Source: an uncultured Gemmatimonadaceae bacterium (GTDB lineage Bacteria > Gemmatimonadota > Gemmatimonadetes > Gemmatimonadales > Gemmatimonadaceae). From it: a DNA stretch of 64,000 bases. The DNA lies in the NCBI GenBank assembly GCA_963781585.1, contig CAWAGQ010000004.1, positions 704,001-768,000 on the forward strand, read 5' to 3'. The position numbers and the translations under genes are program-made. Positions 1 to 11,541 of the stretch are shown here, piece by piece (the stretch's first letter is position 1; each line of letters starts with the position of its first letter). Below the pieces are notes generated by a model, which worked only from the letters and a program-made list of their open reading frames with translations, was not told the origin of the DNA and searched no databases.

Positions 1-270
1 TCCGGCAGCGAGGCGGGCCGCGGCGGCCGGACCGTGCAGCACGGAGAGCGGAAGCGAATCGTCCGGCGCCCAGCGGCGCAACTCGGCTTCGGGGGCGTCG
101 CGCATTGCGTCGTGCCACGCGCCGGCGTCGTGCCAGGCGCGGGCCTCGCCGGCCGGCAGGTGGAGCGTCTCCCCCCACGCGTCGAGCAAACCGACTACGC
201 GGGCGACGTGACTGCGGCGCTTCTCCGTCATCTGTGCCCAGTCCGGAAACTCCACCGCCGGAACCGTCAT
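1..270 (-). CDS. HD-domain phosphohydrolase, YqeK-like (Ap4A hydrolase family); truncated at window edge
   Basis: Not in the ORF track. Manual translation from the ATG at 270 (ATGA overlap with the folK stop) gives MTVPAVEFPDWAQMTEKRRSHVARV...AGAWHDAMRD...VLHGPAAA, the YqeK-type H...HD...LHG pattern. Confidence 0.75.
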   Translation of the reverse strand, partial: MTVPAVEFPDWAQMTEKRRSHVARVVGLLDAWGETLHLPAGEARAWHDAGAWHDAMRDAPEAELRRWAPDDSLPLSVLHGPAAAARLAAG

Positions 271-689
271 GCGCGTGCGGAGAGGTGCTCGCGCACGGCA
301 GCGACCTGGCGGTTCCAGAAGTCGCGATCCGCCAGTCCCGGGTGTGGAAGCGTCAGGTCAGGGTCGTCCAGGCGATAGTCGTCGTAGGTGACCAGGTCGA
401 GGTCCAGAATCCTCGACGCCCAGCGTTCCCCTCGCACCCGGCCGCGCGCCGCTTCGATGTCGTGCAGCCGGTCGAGCAGGACGCGCGGCGGCAGGGCGGT
501 TTCCACGGCGACCATCTGATTCAGGTACGCGGGCTGAGCCCGGCCGCCGAGCGGTGCCGTCTCCTCAACCGCCGATGCGGCCAGCACCCGGATGCCGGGA
601 ACCGCGGCGATGCGCTCTCGCGCGAAGGCCAGATGGGCTTCGCGATCGCCGAGGTTCGATCCGAGTGCGATGAATGCGACCTCACTCAT
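267..689 (-). CDS. folK: 2-amino-4-hydroxy-6-hydroxymethyldihydropteridine diphosphokinase
   Basis: MSEVAFIALGSNLGDR...YLNQMV...RWASRILDLDL...LPHP motifs; start taken at ATG 689. Confidence 0.95.
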   Translation of the reverse strand: MSEVAFIALGSNLGDREAHLAFARERIAAVPGIRVLAASAVEETAPLGGRAQPAYLNQMVAVETALPPRVLLDRLHDIEAARGRVRGERWASRILDLDLVTYDDYRLDDPDLTLPHPGLADRDFWNRQVAAVREHLSARA

Positions 690-1074
690 CTCGCGAGAGC
701 TCGATGGCGACTTCGGCGTACGCCAGAGGGCCGGGAAGCGGCACGTGGGGCTTCCGCACCGCCACACGTACCCGCCGCACGTTGCCGACGTCCATGATTC
801 CCGCTGCCACGGCGGCGGCGACGCCCTCCAGAAAATCCACCGGGCCGCGCGCGAGAACGGTGGCCGCGGCATCGTAGAGTGCGCGGTAGTCCAGCAGCGT
901 GCCGGTCGTATCGCGGTCGTACGGAGCGCGCGGCCAGACATCGATGTCGATCTCGATGGGCTGAGGCAATTCCCGCTCATGGGGCAGGATGCCGACGCGC
1001 GCGTGAAAGCGGAGTCCGCGCAGCGCGATCGTGTACTCGGAGCGCACGGCCGGAACGTAGGTGCGGCTTCCCAA
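682..1074 (-). CDS. folB: Dihydroneopterin aldolase
   Basis: LRGLRFHARVGILPHERELPQ...LDY...LEGVA...VRKP motifs; adjacent to folK. Start could be GTG 1047. Confidence 0.9.
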   Translation of the reverse strand: MGSRTYVPAVRSEYTIALRGLRFHARVGILPHERELPQPIEIDIDVWPRAPYDRDTTGTLLDYRALYDAAATVLARGPVDFLEGVAAAVAAGIMDVGNVRRVRVAVRKPHVPLPGPLAYAEVAIELSRDE

Positions 1075-1088
1075 CGTGTCAAACGACG

Positions 1089-3164
1089 TCAGGAAATCCG
1101 CGTCAGCCGCCGAGTGAGATCGCCAAGATAGATGGCCAGTTCGCGCAGGTCGCGCGACGCGCTTTCGAGTTCGGCCAGCGCGCGGGCCTGGTCGCCGGCC
1201 GACAGTCGCACCTGTTCCGAGCCCGTGCGGTTGCGGCGTGAGATCTCGGCGATGCGCTCGGCGCGTTCCTGCATCAACCCCGAGGCCTGCTCCTGCTCGC
1301 GCGAGACATCGGCGATCCTCCTCGCCCAGGCGGACGCGGCGCGGCTTCCCTCGAGGATCGCTTCCATGGCCTTCATGGCAGACGCCGACAGCGATTCCAC
1401 GTCGCCGACCAGGCCGCGTCCGCGCTCCATCTGACGCGCCACGCGCTCCATGCGGCTGGCGAATTCCGTGAGGATCGAGCTGGCGCTCTCCGACGCGCGG
1501 GCGCTCTGCGCGGCCAGGCGGCGGATCTCTTCGGCGACGACCGCGAAGCCCTTCCCTTCCTCACCGGCGCGGGCGGCTTCGATGCCGGCGTTGAGCGCGA
1601 GGAGGTTGGTCTGATCGGCCAGCTCGCGGATGACCGCAATGAAGCCGGTGACCTGCTTGGTGCCCTGCCCCAGGCTCGTCATGGCCTCGGTGCTCTCGGT
1701 GACGAAGGCCTTGGCCGTGACCAGCCGATCGACCGCAGTGCCGATGGTGGTGCGGTGCTCGGCGGCGAGGTCGGCTGATCGCTCGCTGGCGCCGGCGGCT
1801 TCGCGCGCGTCGCGGGCGATCCCGGACGTGGCGCGAAACAGCGCGTCGGCCGTTTCCCGGCTGCGAGCGGCCTGGTCAGCTTCGTCGACGATGGTGCGAT
1901 TCATGTCATCGAGAAGGCGGGCCACGGCCTCCGCGCCGCTGCGCAGGAGGTGCGCCGAGTCATTCAGCTTGGCGATCTGGGTTTCCAGACGGGAGAGGGT
2001 TTCGGCGAGCGGCGCCCGCAGGTCCTGGATCTGAATCGTGGTGGCGAGCTGTCCGGCGAAGCGTTCGATGGCCTCCAGCTGCTTGCGGCCATACATGGCG
2101 CGCTTGCGGTGCTCGATCTCGAGCAGCCCCAGGATGCGGTCGCCGAACCGGAGCGGGGCGACGACGACGCTGCCCCGGTCGGTCCCCGACACGCCGCGAT
2201 CGCGCAGCGCATCGCCGATCGAGACGAGCCTGCTCCGGTCCACGGCTTCGCGCCGCAGCGCCGCCAGGGCCGGGTCCGGTTCGCGATCGTGCGGAAGCAG
2301 TCCTTCTCCGGCGGTGAAGATGAGACGGGGGGACCGCTCGTCGAGCCGCAGGATGCGGAAGTCGGTCCAGTCCACGAGCCGGTTGGCGAGCGCCGCGACG
2401 CGCGCGAACGCGTCGGCCACCGTTGCGTCGGTGCTGACCATCAGCTCGAGGGCGTGGATCCGGTTCAGCTCCTCGGCGGCGGCGGCTTCCTCGATGATCC
2501 GTTTCAGCAACAGGCCGCCGAAGCCTAACGCGAGGGCCACGACCGGCCACCCGCCGCGGCGCACGTTCGCCAGCGTCAGGAGCGTGGCGATCACGCCGAC
2601 CGCGGTCGCGCCGAAGGCCACCACTTCGTACCGCAGGATGAGCGTGCGTTCGTCGGGCAGCAGCTTGTCGCGCACCATCAGCGAGAAGTACTGGAGCGCC
2701 CGCCCCAGCAGGAACTGCGCGAACACGAGCACGGCGATCGCGGGCAGGGCCTCGGCGGTGAGCTCGCCGGTCATCGCGCCCGCGGTCTGGGAGGCGACCG
2801 CCGCGTAGAATCCGTACGCGGCGTAGAGCGCGAGCGGCTCGCGCGCCCCATTGATCCAGGCCGCGTCAACAGTCTTTCGCTGCAGCAGCCAGTCGACGCC
2901 GAGCACGCCGATGAAGAGAGCGATCGCCGTGGCCGGCAAGCCCACCGCGATCGCACCCGTGACCGCGACCACCGGCACCGCCGTCAGCCGGGCGTACTTG
3001 GTGACGGCTACCCCCTGCCCGCGCAGCACAGCGGTCGCCAGGACGAGCAGCACCAGGGGCCACGGCTGCTCCAGCCACCGCGGGTCGCGCGCGGCCCCGA
3101 CCACCAGAACGATCGTGCCGGCGAGTCCGGTCAGTCGCGAGATGAGTCGGACCCGTTGGCGCAT
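1089..3164 (-). CDS. Methyl-accepting chemotaxis protein with multi-TM N-terminus and GAF domain
   Basis: About 6-7 hydrophobic segments, a GAF motif ([19 protein letters not shown]), and the MCP hairpin [40 protein letters not shown]. Confidence 0.9.
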   Translation of the reverse strand: MRQRVRLISRLTGLAGTIVLVVGAARDPRWLEQPWPLVLLVLATAVLRGQGVAVTKYARLTAVPVVAVTGAIAVGLPATAIALFIGVLGVDWLLQRKTVDAAWINGAREPLALYAAYGFYAAVASQTAGAMTGELTAEALPAIAVLVFAQFLLGRALQYFSLMVRDKLLPDERTLILRYEVVAFGATAVGVIATLLTLANVRRGGWPVVALALGFGGLLLKRIIEEAAAAEELNRIHALELMVSTDATVADAFARVAALANRLVDWTDFRILRLDERSPRLIFTAGEGLLPHDREPDPALAALRREAVDRSRLVSIGDALRDRGVSGTDRGSVVVAPLRFGDRILGLLEIEHRKRAMYGRKQLEAIERFAGQLATTIQIQDLRAPLAETLSRLETQIAKLNDSAHLLRSGAEAVARLLDDMNRTIVDEADQAARSRETADALFRATSGIARDAREAAGASERSADLAAEHRTTIGTAVDRLVTAKAFVTESTEAMTSLGQGTKQVTGFIAVIRELADQTNLLALNAGIEAARAGEEGKGFAVVAEEIRRLAAQSARASESASSILTEFASRMERVARQMERGRGLVGDVESLSASAMKAMEAILEGSRAASAWARRIADVSREQEQASGLMQERAERIAEISRRNRTGSEQVRLSAGDQARALAELESASRDLRELAIYLGDLTRRLTRIS

Positions 3165-3165
3165 G

Positions 3166-3966
3166 TCAGGGCGTGTCGAGTGACTGGCGGAACGTCCGGG
3201 TGAGCGCGGCGGCCGCGTTCAGGCTCTCGCCGGCAGCTTTCACGAGGGCGCTGCCGACGACGATCCCGTCGGCCAGCGCGCCCACGCGGCGGGCCTGGTC
3301 GGCAGTGGAAATGCCGAAGCCCACGCAGATCGGCAGCGATGTCGCCCGCCGGAGTCGCGCCACGGTGGCGGGCAGTTCGATGGGAAGGTCGTCACGGGCG
3401 CCGGTTACGCCGAGTCGGCTGATCAGATAGACGAAGCCGTTGCCGAGGGCGCCGATTTCGCGCATCCGGTCGTCGGGGGTGGTCGGGGCGACGAGGCGCA
3501 CGAACGCCAGCGGCGAGCCGGCGAACCAGCGTTCGCGCTCGGGGTCGGCGCCGACGGGGAGGTCGGTGATCAGGATGCCATGGACCCCGCTGGCGGCGGC
3601 CCGGGTGAGCGCGTCCGGTCCCGCGGCGACCACGGGATTGAGGTAGCTGAAGAGCACCACCGGAATCGTCAGGCGGGCGTCGCGGACGAACCCGAGCACG
3701 GAGTCGAATGTGACTCCCTGTTGCAGCGCCACCTGCGAGCTCGCCTGGATGACGGGGCCGTCAGCCATCGGATCGGAAAACGGGACGCCGACCTCAATGA
3801 CGTCGGCGCCGGCGTCTTCGAGCGCCCGGAACAGGGGAACCGACGACTGCGGATCGGGATGGCCGGCGGTGACGTACGTGACGAGGGCCTTGCGTCCGTC
3901 GCGCGCCAGCGCCGCGAAGCGCCGGTGCAGCAGGTCAGACGAAGTAGTCGCCGACGCTGATGCCAT
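3166..3966 (-). CDS. trpA: Tryptophan synthase alpha chain
   Basis: [52 protein letters not shown]; start approximate (ATG 3966). Confidence 0.96.
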   Translation of the reverse strand: MASASATTSSDLLHRRFAALARDGRKALVTYVTAGHPDPQSSVPLFRALEDAGADVIEVGVPFSDPMADGPVIQASSQVALQQGVTFDSVLGFVRDARLTIPVVLFSYLNPVVAAGPDALTRAAASGVHGILITDLPVGADPERERWFAGSPLAFVRLVAPTTPDDRMREIGALGNGFVYLISRLGVTGARDDLPIELPATVARLRRATSLPICVGFGISTADQARRVGALADGIVVGSALVKAAGESLNAAAALTRTFRQSLDTP

Positions 3967-5449
3967 ACCGGTCGGGGTTCTCCGTCTTGATGATGGTCCG
4001 CAGGAAGGCGCCCTGGGCATTCTGCTCGGTGAGATCGACCAGCTCGCCGGGATAGAGCACGTTGCCGCGATCGTCGCTCACGATGCGCACGATGGGGCGC
4101 GAGATCGACTCCGGGCGCGGATGCACGGAGTGGACGATGGCCAGCTCGAAGGTGTCGAGCACGACCAGCGTCCCGACCGGATAGATGCCGAGCAGATTGA
4201 TGAAGCCCTTGACGATGACCGGGTCCATGCCGCGTCGTGGATTGTCGCGCATGCCGGCGAGCACGGCGGCCGGCGACATCGGAACGGTCTGGTAGGCGCG
4301 GCGGGTGGTGGCGGCATCGAATCCATCGGCGACCGCGACGATCTTGCCGAAGATGGTCTGGACGCGACTGCGAATCGGCTTGGGGTAGCCCGACAGATCG
4401 TTCTTCATGTGATGTTCGTAGGCCACCACCATCGCGCGGTACGGCAGTTCCTGCTGTCCCCGCATGTGGAAGAGCGCCAGCACGCCGAGCCAGGGGTGGG
4501 CCGCCAGCCAGCGCCAGTCTTCGTCGGTCAGGCCATCGGTCTTGTTGAGGACCCCGAGCGGTACCCGCGACTTGCCGATGTCGTGGAACAGCGCCGCCAG
4601 GCCGAGATCGTACAGCTGCAGTTTGGACAACCCCAGTCGCCGGCCTAACGCGACGGCGAAGATACAGACGTTCACCGAGTGGGTGAAGGTGTATTCGTCG
4701 TAGTCGCGGATGGTCGTCAGCCCCACCAGCGACGTCTCCTCGTTGAGGATCTGGTCGACGATGGTCTGCACCACCCGCTTGATCTTGCGGATGTTGGGCG
4801 CCTGCCCCATCCGGAGCGAGTTCATCACGTCCCTGGTGACCGCGACCGAATGCGAATACGTCCGCTTGGCGGCTTCCTTGGCGCGACGCATGAAATCGGA
4901 ATCGTCGTCGGTGACCAGCGGCGGCCCGAGCTCGAAGGCGAGGATGCCGGCGGTTTCGAGCTTCTGAAGGAGGTCGTAGACGGTGACCTCGTCCTCCTCC
5001 TTGCTCATGGTCAGCAACTGGTAGAGGAGGACGTGCCAGTCGCGTGCCTGCGTCGCCTCCGACGCCCGCACGGTCCCCACGCCGCACTTGCGCAGCACCG
5101 ACAGCAGATGGCTGAAGCTCGCGTAGTTGTCGAGGTCGAGGCGGAGGCGTGTGGAGTTGACGAAGATGAACTCGTTCGAGACCCGTAGCTCCAGCTCGTG
5201 GTCGCGCTCGATGATGGCGCGGGCGGCGGACACCAGATCGTTGAGGGCGTTCTTCACCGCCTCGTTTTCCGGCGGATACATGCGAATGACCCGCATGGCG
5301 CCGTAGAGGGACACGATCAGCTGACGGCCGGCCCGGCGGATGAACGAGTCGGAGAGGAAGTCGCTCGATGGAGCGGGGAGCGCCCCGGTTCCGTGGGGCG
5401 CGGGCGGTGCGGCGACCGGTGCCGGGGTATGCGCGGAGGTGTCCGTCAC
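3935..5449 (-). CDS. HD-GYP cyclic-dinucleotide phosphodiesterase with uncharacterised N-terminal domain
   Basis: DEYTFTHSVNV, HDIGK, AHP, EHH, SGYP, VADGFDA, RAYQ and the C-terminal YPVGTLV region; GTG start at 5449 overlaps the stop of the HEAT gene. Confidence 0.9.
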   Translation of the reverse strand: MTDTSAHTPAPVAAPPAPHGTGALPAPSSDFLSDSFIRRAGRQLIVSLYGAMRVIRMYPPENEAVKNALNDLVSAARAIIERDHELELRVSNEFIFVNSTRLRLDLDNYASFSHLLSVLRKCGVGTVRASEATQARDWHVLLYQLLTMSKEEDEVTVYDLLQKLETAGILAFELGPPLVTDDDSDFMRRAKEAAKRTYSHSVAVTRDVMNSLRMGQAPNIRKIKRVVQTIVDQILNEETSLVGLTTIRDYDEYTFTHSVNVCIFAVALGRRLGLSKLQLYDLGLAALFHDIGKSRVPLGVLNKTDGLTDEDWRWLAAHPWLGVLALFHMRGQQELPYRAMVVAYEHHMKNDLSGYPKPIRSRVQTIFGKIVAVADGFDAATTRRAYQTVPMSPAAVLAGMRDNPRRGMDPVIVKGFINLLGIYPVGTLVVLDTFELAIVHSVHPRPESISRPIVRIVSDDRGNVLYPGELVDLTEQNAQGAFLRTIIKTENPDRYGISVGDYFV

Positions 5450-7151
5450 GACGTCGCGCCTCCACGCAGCGAGCGGTTCACGGCATTGCGGACCAGGACT
5501 TCCTTGTCGCTCGAGGACTTGCGCAGCGCTTGGACGGCAGCGTCGGTTCCGATCCGCCCGAGCGCCAGGGCGGCGCAGGCACGGACCTCGGCGTCCTCGC
5601 GCTTCCCGAACAGACCACGGCCGTTGAGATAGGCATCGAGCATCGAGACCCCGGCCTCGCCACACATGGCGCCGTATGCCTCGAAGAAGGCCATCTTCTC
5701 CGTGAGGTCGCTCTCCTGGAGGCGCTTGCCCTTGACGACGCCCTCGATGCGTGGAAGTGCCGCCCGGTAGCCGCGCGCGGCGAGCGCCTTGGCGGCGGCC
5801 ACGCGAACGTCGCGCTCCGGGTCGTCGATTCCGCGTTCGAGCTGCTGTAGCGCCCCCGGCGATGCGATCTCCGCCAGCGCCTGCACGACCGCGACGCGCA
5901 TCTCGGCGTCGCCCTGGGTGAGCAGCCGGGCCAGGGCTGCGACCGCGGCCGCGGCCTTCGCGGCGCCGGCCCGGCGTACCGCCTCGAGCGCCACGTCGCG
6001 CTCGCTGGCGCCGAGGAGCCGGACCAGCTCGGCGGTGTTGGCTGAAGCCAGGCGGTCGGCCGTGGCCTCGAGCAGCTTTCGCACCGCGACCGATTGCAGC
6101 CGCCCCATCCACGCGAAGAGGGTGCCCAACGCTCCGCCCCGGAGCTGCTCGAACAGCTCGTTGAGTTCGTCCTGCGGCGGAAGTTCCACGCGTTCGTCGA
6201 GGGCCTGCAGGAACTGGGCGAGGGCCTCCGGCTCGCTCATGCGACTGGGGAGCGACAGCAGGAGTTCGCGCTGGGCCGGCGTCAGATCGCGGGCGCGGTT
6301 GGCTGCGATGTTCACCTCACGCAGCAGGAGTGCGACCGTGCGCAGGTGGCCGGACGAGAGGAGCTGGACCAGCATGCCGTCGAGGATCCCGCAGATTTCG
6401 TCGCGAATGGCCGGATCCGTCTGCTGCTCGAAGACGTCGAGCAGGATGGTCACGACGTTGGCGCGCAGGTCGGCGGCGTAGTGCCGCTGCACTTCGGTGC
6501 GGAGATAGTCGACCTCCGATTCGTCGAGGAAGTAGAGCGTGGAGTCGAACTCGTCGAGATTCACCACGCCCGGCGGCGCGACCACTTCCTGCGGCGGCTC
6601 GTGCACGATGGCGGTGTCGATCAGCCGCGGGCGCTCGGATTCGTCGGTGGCTTCGATCGCGTCGGCGGTCTCGAAGCTGATGTCGACGTAGCGGTATTTG
6701 ACGTACGAGAACTCGTGCTCCCACAACAGGGTGAGCAGATCGTCTTCGTCGGGCGATGCCTTCCGGACCCGGGCCACGATCTGCACGAGGGCGACGATTT
6801 CCTGCTCCTCGATCCCCTTGAGGAAGCGGAGCTCGCGGATGCCGTCCTTGTACAGCACCCACGGCAGCGCGTCGCCCGTCTTGTCCGGCTCGTTGACGAC
6901 GGCGTGCCCTTCCCAGGTGAGTCGCGTGTCGCTCACCTCGAACACCAGCTCGTCGGTGTGCGTCCAGATGGGGCTGAACGCGCCCTTCACGTTGTCGAGC
7001 GCCCGCAGGTAGGTGGGATTGTTCTGCAGGTACAGCTGATGCGCCCGCACGGCGCGGGCGAACAGGCGCAACATCTCCTCGACCAGCGCGATGTTGAACG
7101 GTGGGTCGGGTCGCTCGGTGTCCGGGGTCGCCGCCGACGTGGTCGGGAGTG

Positions 7152-7155
<4 letters not shown>
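5446..7155 (-). CDS. HEAT-repeat domain protein
   Basis: C-terminal HEAT/PBS-lyase-like repeats ([53 protein letters not shown]); GTGA overlap with the trpB stop. Confidence 0.88.
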
Positions 7156-8327
<1,172 letters not shown>

Positions 8328-8335
8328 GCGCTTAC

Positions 8336-8983
8336 CTAACGAGGGATGTCCGCGTGAACCGCCTCGACAAAAGCGCGCATCCGTGAGGGGTCCTTGACGC
8401 CGGGCCCGGCCTCCACGCCCGACGAGACATCCACCACATCGGGACCGAGGGCCGCGATCGCGCGACCCACATTGTCCGGCCGGAGACCTCCGGCGACCAC
8501 CAGCTGCGCACCGGCGCGCATCCCGGGGACCACCTCGCCCGCTCTCGCCCAGTCGAACGCCTCACCGGTGCCCCCGTTTCCCCGCGGCGAGCGGGTGTCG
8601 AGGACCACGCCGTGGGCCACCTCGAAGAGGGAGCGCGCCTCCGCCGGCACACCCTGCGACCCGATGGGCACAACCGCCCACACGATCCCACCGAAACGAG
8701 ACAGGGCCGCCGCGATCGAACCGGCTGCCACGGGTCCATGCAACTGCACGCCATCCAGACGCAGGCGTTCGGCCACTTCCACCGCCCGGTCCACTCCGTC
8801 ATCGAACACGCCGATGCAGCGCACCCCACGTTCCTGCACCGACCGCGCGATCTCCAGCGCGCGCACCTCGGACACCAGGCGGGGACTCCGGGCGAAGATG
8901 ACTCCCACGTAGCGGGCGCCAAGCTCCGCCGCCAGCTCCGCATCGACCGTGCGGGTGATTCCGCAGAACTTGATTTCAGGCAC
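8336..8983 (-). CDS. trpF: Phosphoribosylanthranilate isomerase
   Basis: [54 protein letters not shown] start 8983. Confidence 0.95.
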   Translation of the reverse strand: MPEIKFCGITRTVDAELAAELGARYVGVIFARSPRLVSEVRALEIARSVQERGVRCIGVFDDGVDRAVEVAERLRLDGVQLHGPVAAGSIAAALSRFGGIVWAVVPIGSQGVPAEARSLFEVAHGVVLDTRSPRGNGGTGEAFDWARAGEVVPGMRAGAQLVVAGGLRPDNVGRAIAALGPDVVDVSSGVEAGPGVKDPSRMRAFVEAVHADIPR

Positions 8984-9806
8984 GCTGCCCCCGCCCGTGG
9001 CGGAGCACACCACAAAGGGCGCGCACCGCCTCCTCCCCGTCCGGTGCCCGCGACAGGCTCGATCCCACCAATACCGCGTCGGCTCCCAACGTCGCGGCCG
9101 CGAGCACCCCCGTCCGGCTGGTGATGCCGCTCTCGGCGACGGTCAGGCAGTGGCCCGGGACCAGAGGGACCAGTCGCTCGGGTACCCCATCGTCAATCTC
9201 GAGCGTTTCCAGGTTACGGCGGTTCACCCCGATTACCACAGCGCCCGCTTCGAGCGCCCATTCGAGTTCTGCCTCGTCACGGACCTCGAAGAGAGCCTCG
9301 ATGCCCGCCTCCGCGGCAGCGTCTGCGAGCCGGGCCGTCCTGACCGGGCCCAACGCCCGGACAATCAGGAGCAGCGCCGATGCCCCCAGCGCGCGCGCTT
9401 CCCACACCTGGGCCGCCTCGACATGGAAGTCCTTCTTGAGCACCGGCAACCGTGTCGCTCCGAGAACGGCGCGCAGGTCGTCGGTTGATCCCAGGAATTC
9501 GCTGGGCTCCGTTAGAACGGAAATGGCGGAAGCTCCTCCGGAGGTGTAGGCCAGCGCGCGCTGCCCCGGGTCCAGCGTCTCATCGAGGGGCCCCTTGGAC
9601 GGGGCCCGTCGCTTGATCTCCGCAATCACGTGCAGGGCGGTTCCCTGACGCAGGGCATCCGCCAGGGATGTTGGAGGCGCGTGAGAGAGTGCCTCCCGTC
9701 GCAACGAGGGGAGATGCGATGAGAGCGACGCGGCTCGGAGCGCCGCGCGCTCACAGAGGCGGCCCAGGACGCCGCTCGGAGGGATCCAGTGGGTCTGCGC
9801 TTGCAC
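8976..9806 (-). CDS. trpC: Indole-3-glycerol phosphate synthase
   Basis: IAEIKRRAPSKG, ISVLTE, PVLKKDF, IGVNRRNL, VAESGI, AVLVGSSL. Confidence 0.96.
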   Translation of the reverse strand: MQAQTHWIPPSGVLGRLCERAALRAASLSSHLPSLRREALSHAPPTSLADALRQGTALHVIAEIKRRAPSKGPLDETLDPGQRALAYTSGGASAISVLTEPSEFLGSTDDLRAVLGATRLPVLKKDFHVEAAQVWEARALGASALLLIVRALGPVRTARLADAAAEAGIEALFEVRDEAELEWALEAGAVVIGVNRRNLETLEIDDGVPERLVPLVPGHCLTVAESGITSRTGVLAAATLGADAVLVGSSLSRAPDGEEAVRALCGVLRHGRGQRA

Positions 9807-9829
9807 TTCGGGGATTCTTCGGTTATCGT
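9801..9829 (+). promoter_or_regulatory. Putative sigma70 promoter of lexA (TTGCAC-N17-TATCGT)
   Basis: -35 at 9801-9806, -10 at 9824-9829, 17-nt spacer, about 65 nt upstream of the lexA ATG. Confidence 0.65.
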
Positions 9830-9849
9830 GGTCTTCGGCAGTTGTTCGG
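9806..9849. promoter_or_regulatory. Two candidate LexA operators, direct repeat TTCGG-N6-TTCGG
   Basis: TTCGG at 9807, 9818, 9834 and 9845, i.e. two pairs with an 11-bp period, overlapping the lexA promoter. Confidence 0.65.
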
Positions 9850-9895
9850 GTTGCTCCTGTGATCCCGCCGCCGACACCACCAGTCGGAGTGCTCC

Positions 9896-10504
9896 ATGCC
9901 GCTCACGAGGCGTCAACGAGAAATCCTCACGTACCTGCAGGCGTACTCGGGCGAAAACGGCTACGCCCCAAGCTTCGAGGAGATCGCGCGGCACTTCAAC
10001 TATAACTCGCTCGCTACCGTGCACGAGCATCTGAGCAACCTGGAGCGCAAGGGCTACATCAAGCGCTCTTACAATGAGAGTCGTGCCATCCAGATCCTGC
10101 CTTCCGAAGTCTTCCCGCGCGCTGTCGAGCTTCCGCTGTACGGCACGGTCGCGGCAGGTACCCCGATCGAGGCCGTCGCCGGCTCCGAAACGGTGTCGGT
10201 GCCCGAGGAATTCGCGCAACGCCGGGGTCACCATTACGTCCTGCGGGTGCGCGGGAATTCCATGATCGACGAACAGATCCGCGACGGCGACTTCGTGATC
10301 GTGAACGAGCGGCAGAGCGCGGATGAAGGGGAAATGGTGATTGCGCTGCTGAACGGATCGTCCGCGACGGTGAAGCGTTTCTTCCGCGAGCGTGACGGTC
10401 GGATCCGGCTCCAGCCCGCCAACGAGACGCTCGCGCCACTGTATGTGCACGAGAACGACATCCTGATTCAGGGAGTCGTGGTGGGCGTTATCCGGCGCTA
10501 CTGA
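9896..10504 (+). CDS. lexA: SOS repressor LexA
   Basis: N-terminal wHTH (LTRRQREIL...PSFEEIA...SLATVHEHL), Ala-Gly cleavage site (VAAG), catalytic Ser (VRGNSM) and Lys (ATVKRF). Confidence 0.97.
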   Translation: MPLTRRQREILTYLQAYSGENGYAPSFEEIARHFNYNSLATVHEHLSNLERKGYIKRSYNESRAIQILPSEVFPRAVELPLYGTVAAGTPIEAVAGSETVSVPEEFAQRRGHHYVLRVRGNSMIDEQIRDGDFVIVNERQSADEGEMVIALLNGSSATVKRFFRERDGRIRLQPANETLAPLYVHENDILIQGVVVGVIRRY

Positions 10505-11541
10505 ATGTCCCGGGCGCGCGCGTAAGCGTCGCGCATGCGTTCCAGGGCAGCCTTCCCCGCCCCCTGCTCCAGCGCCTGGGTCGCGTCGTTCACGCATTGA
10601 GTGAACGGGCGACCGCGTCCGGACACGTAGAGGGCGGCGGCGGCATTGAGAATCACCGCGGCGCGCGCCGCTGGCGCCCCGTGCCCGGCCAGCACTTCAG
10701 TGATGACCTGCGCGTTGTCCGCCGGCCCGCCTCCAACCAGGTCATCGGCGGAGAAGTCGCGCATCCCGAGTTCACGCGGATCGAAAATCCACTCGGTGAC
10801 CACACCCAGGCGAACCTCGGCGATCCGGCTGGGTCCGAGTGGCGATATCTCGTCTATGCCGGGTTCGCCGAAAGCCACCAGAGCGTGGTGCGTGTCCAGG
10901 GCAGCCAGCGCACCGGCCAGCAGCGACAATCGTCGCAGCTCGGCGACGCCGACGATCTGGCGCCCGGCCCGGGCCGGATTGGCGAGTGGTCCGACGATAT
11001 TCATGACGGTCGGGATGGCGATCTCGCGCCGAACGGACGCGACGTGGCGCATCGCCGGGTGCATGGTGGGCGCGAACATGAACACGATGCCCGCCCGTCG
11101 CAGCACGAACGCCATCTGGTGTGGCGTGGCGTCAATGGGGACGCCGAGCGCCTCCAGCACCTCGGCGCTGCCGCACTGCGAGGTGAACGAACGATTCCCG
11201 TGCTTGGCGACTCGAACTCCGGCGCCGGCGGCAAGCAGTCCGGCGGCGGTCGAGATGTTGAAGGTGGTGAGCGCGCCGCCACCCGTACCGCAGGTGTCGA
11301 CCAGCTCGTGAGGCGCGTCCGCGTCGAGCTGGACCATCGCGGCACGGAGTGCGCGGGCGGCCCCGGCGACCTCGTCGGCGGTTTCGCCCTTGACGCGCAG
11401 GCCCATCAGCAAGGCTGCCACCTGGGCCGCACTGGCCTCGCCCTGCATCACCACGCCGAACGCATCGGCCGCTTCCTCCGGCGCCAGCGACTCTCCGAAA
11501 GCGAGGCGCCGGATGGCGGTCTGCATGACGTTAGGCGGCAT
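10498..11541 (-). CDS. trpD: Anthranilate phosphoribosyltransferase
   Basis: DTCGTGG, TFNIST, VAKHGNRS, GSAEVLEALG, MHPAM, GPLANPA, GIDEIS. Confidence 0.97.
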   Translation of the reverse strand: MPPNVMQTAIRRLAFGESLAPEEAADAFGVVMQGEASAAQVAALLMGLRVKGETADEVAGAARALRAAMVQLDADAPHELVDTCGTGGGALTTFNISTAAGLLAAGAGVRVAKHGNRSFTSQCGSAEVLEALGVPIDATPHQMAFVLRRAGIVFMFAPTMHPAMRHVASVRREIAIPTVMNIVGPLANPARAGRQIVGVAELRRLSLLAGALAALDTHHALVAFGEPGIDEISPLGPSRIAEVRLGVVTEWIFDPRELGMRDFSADDLVGGGPADNAQVITEVLAGHGAPAARAAVILNAAAALYVSGRGRPFTQCVNDATQALEQGAGKAALERMRDAYARARDIQ

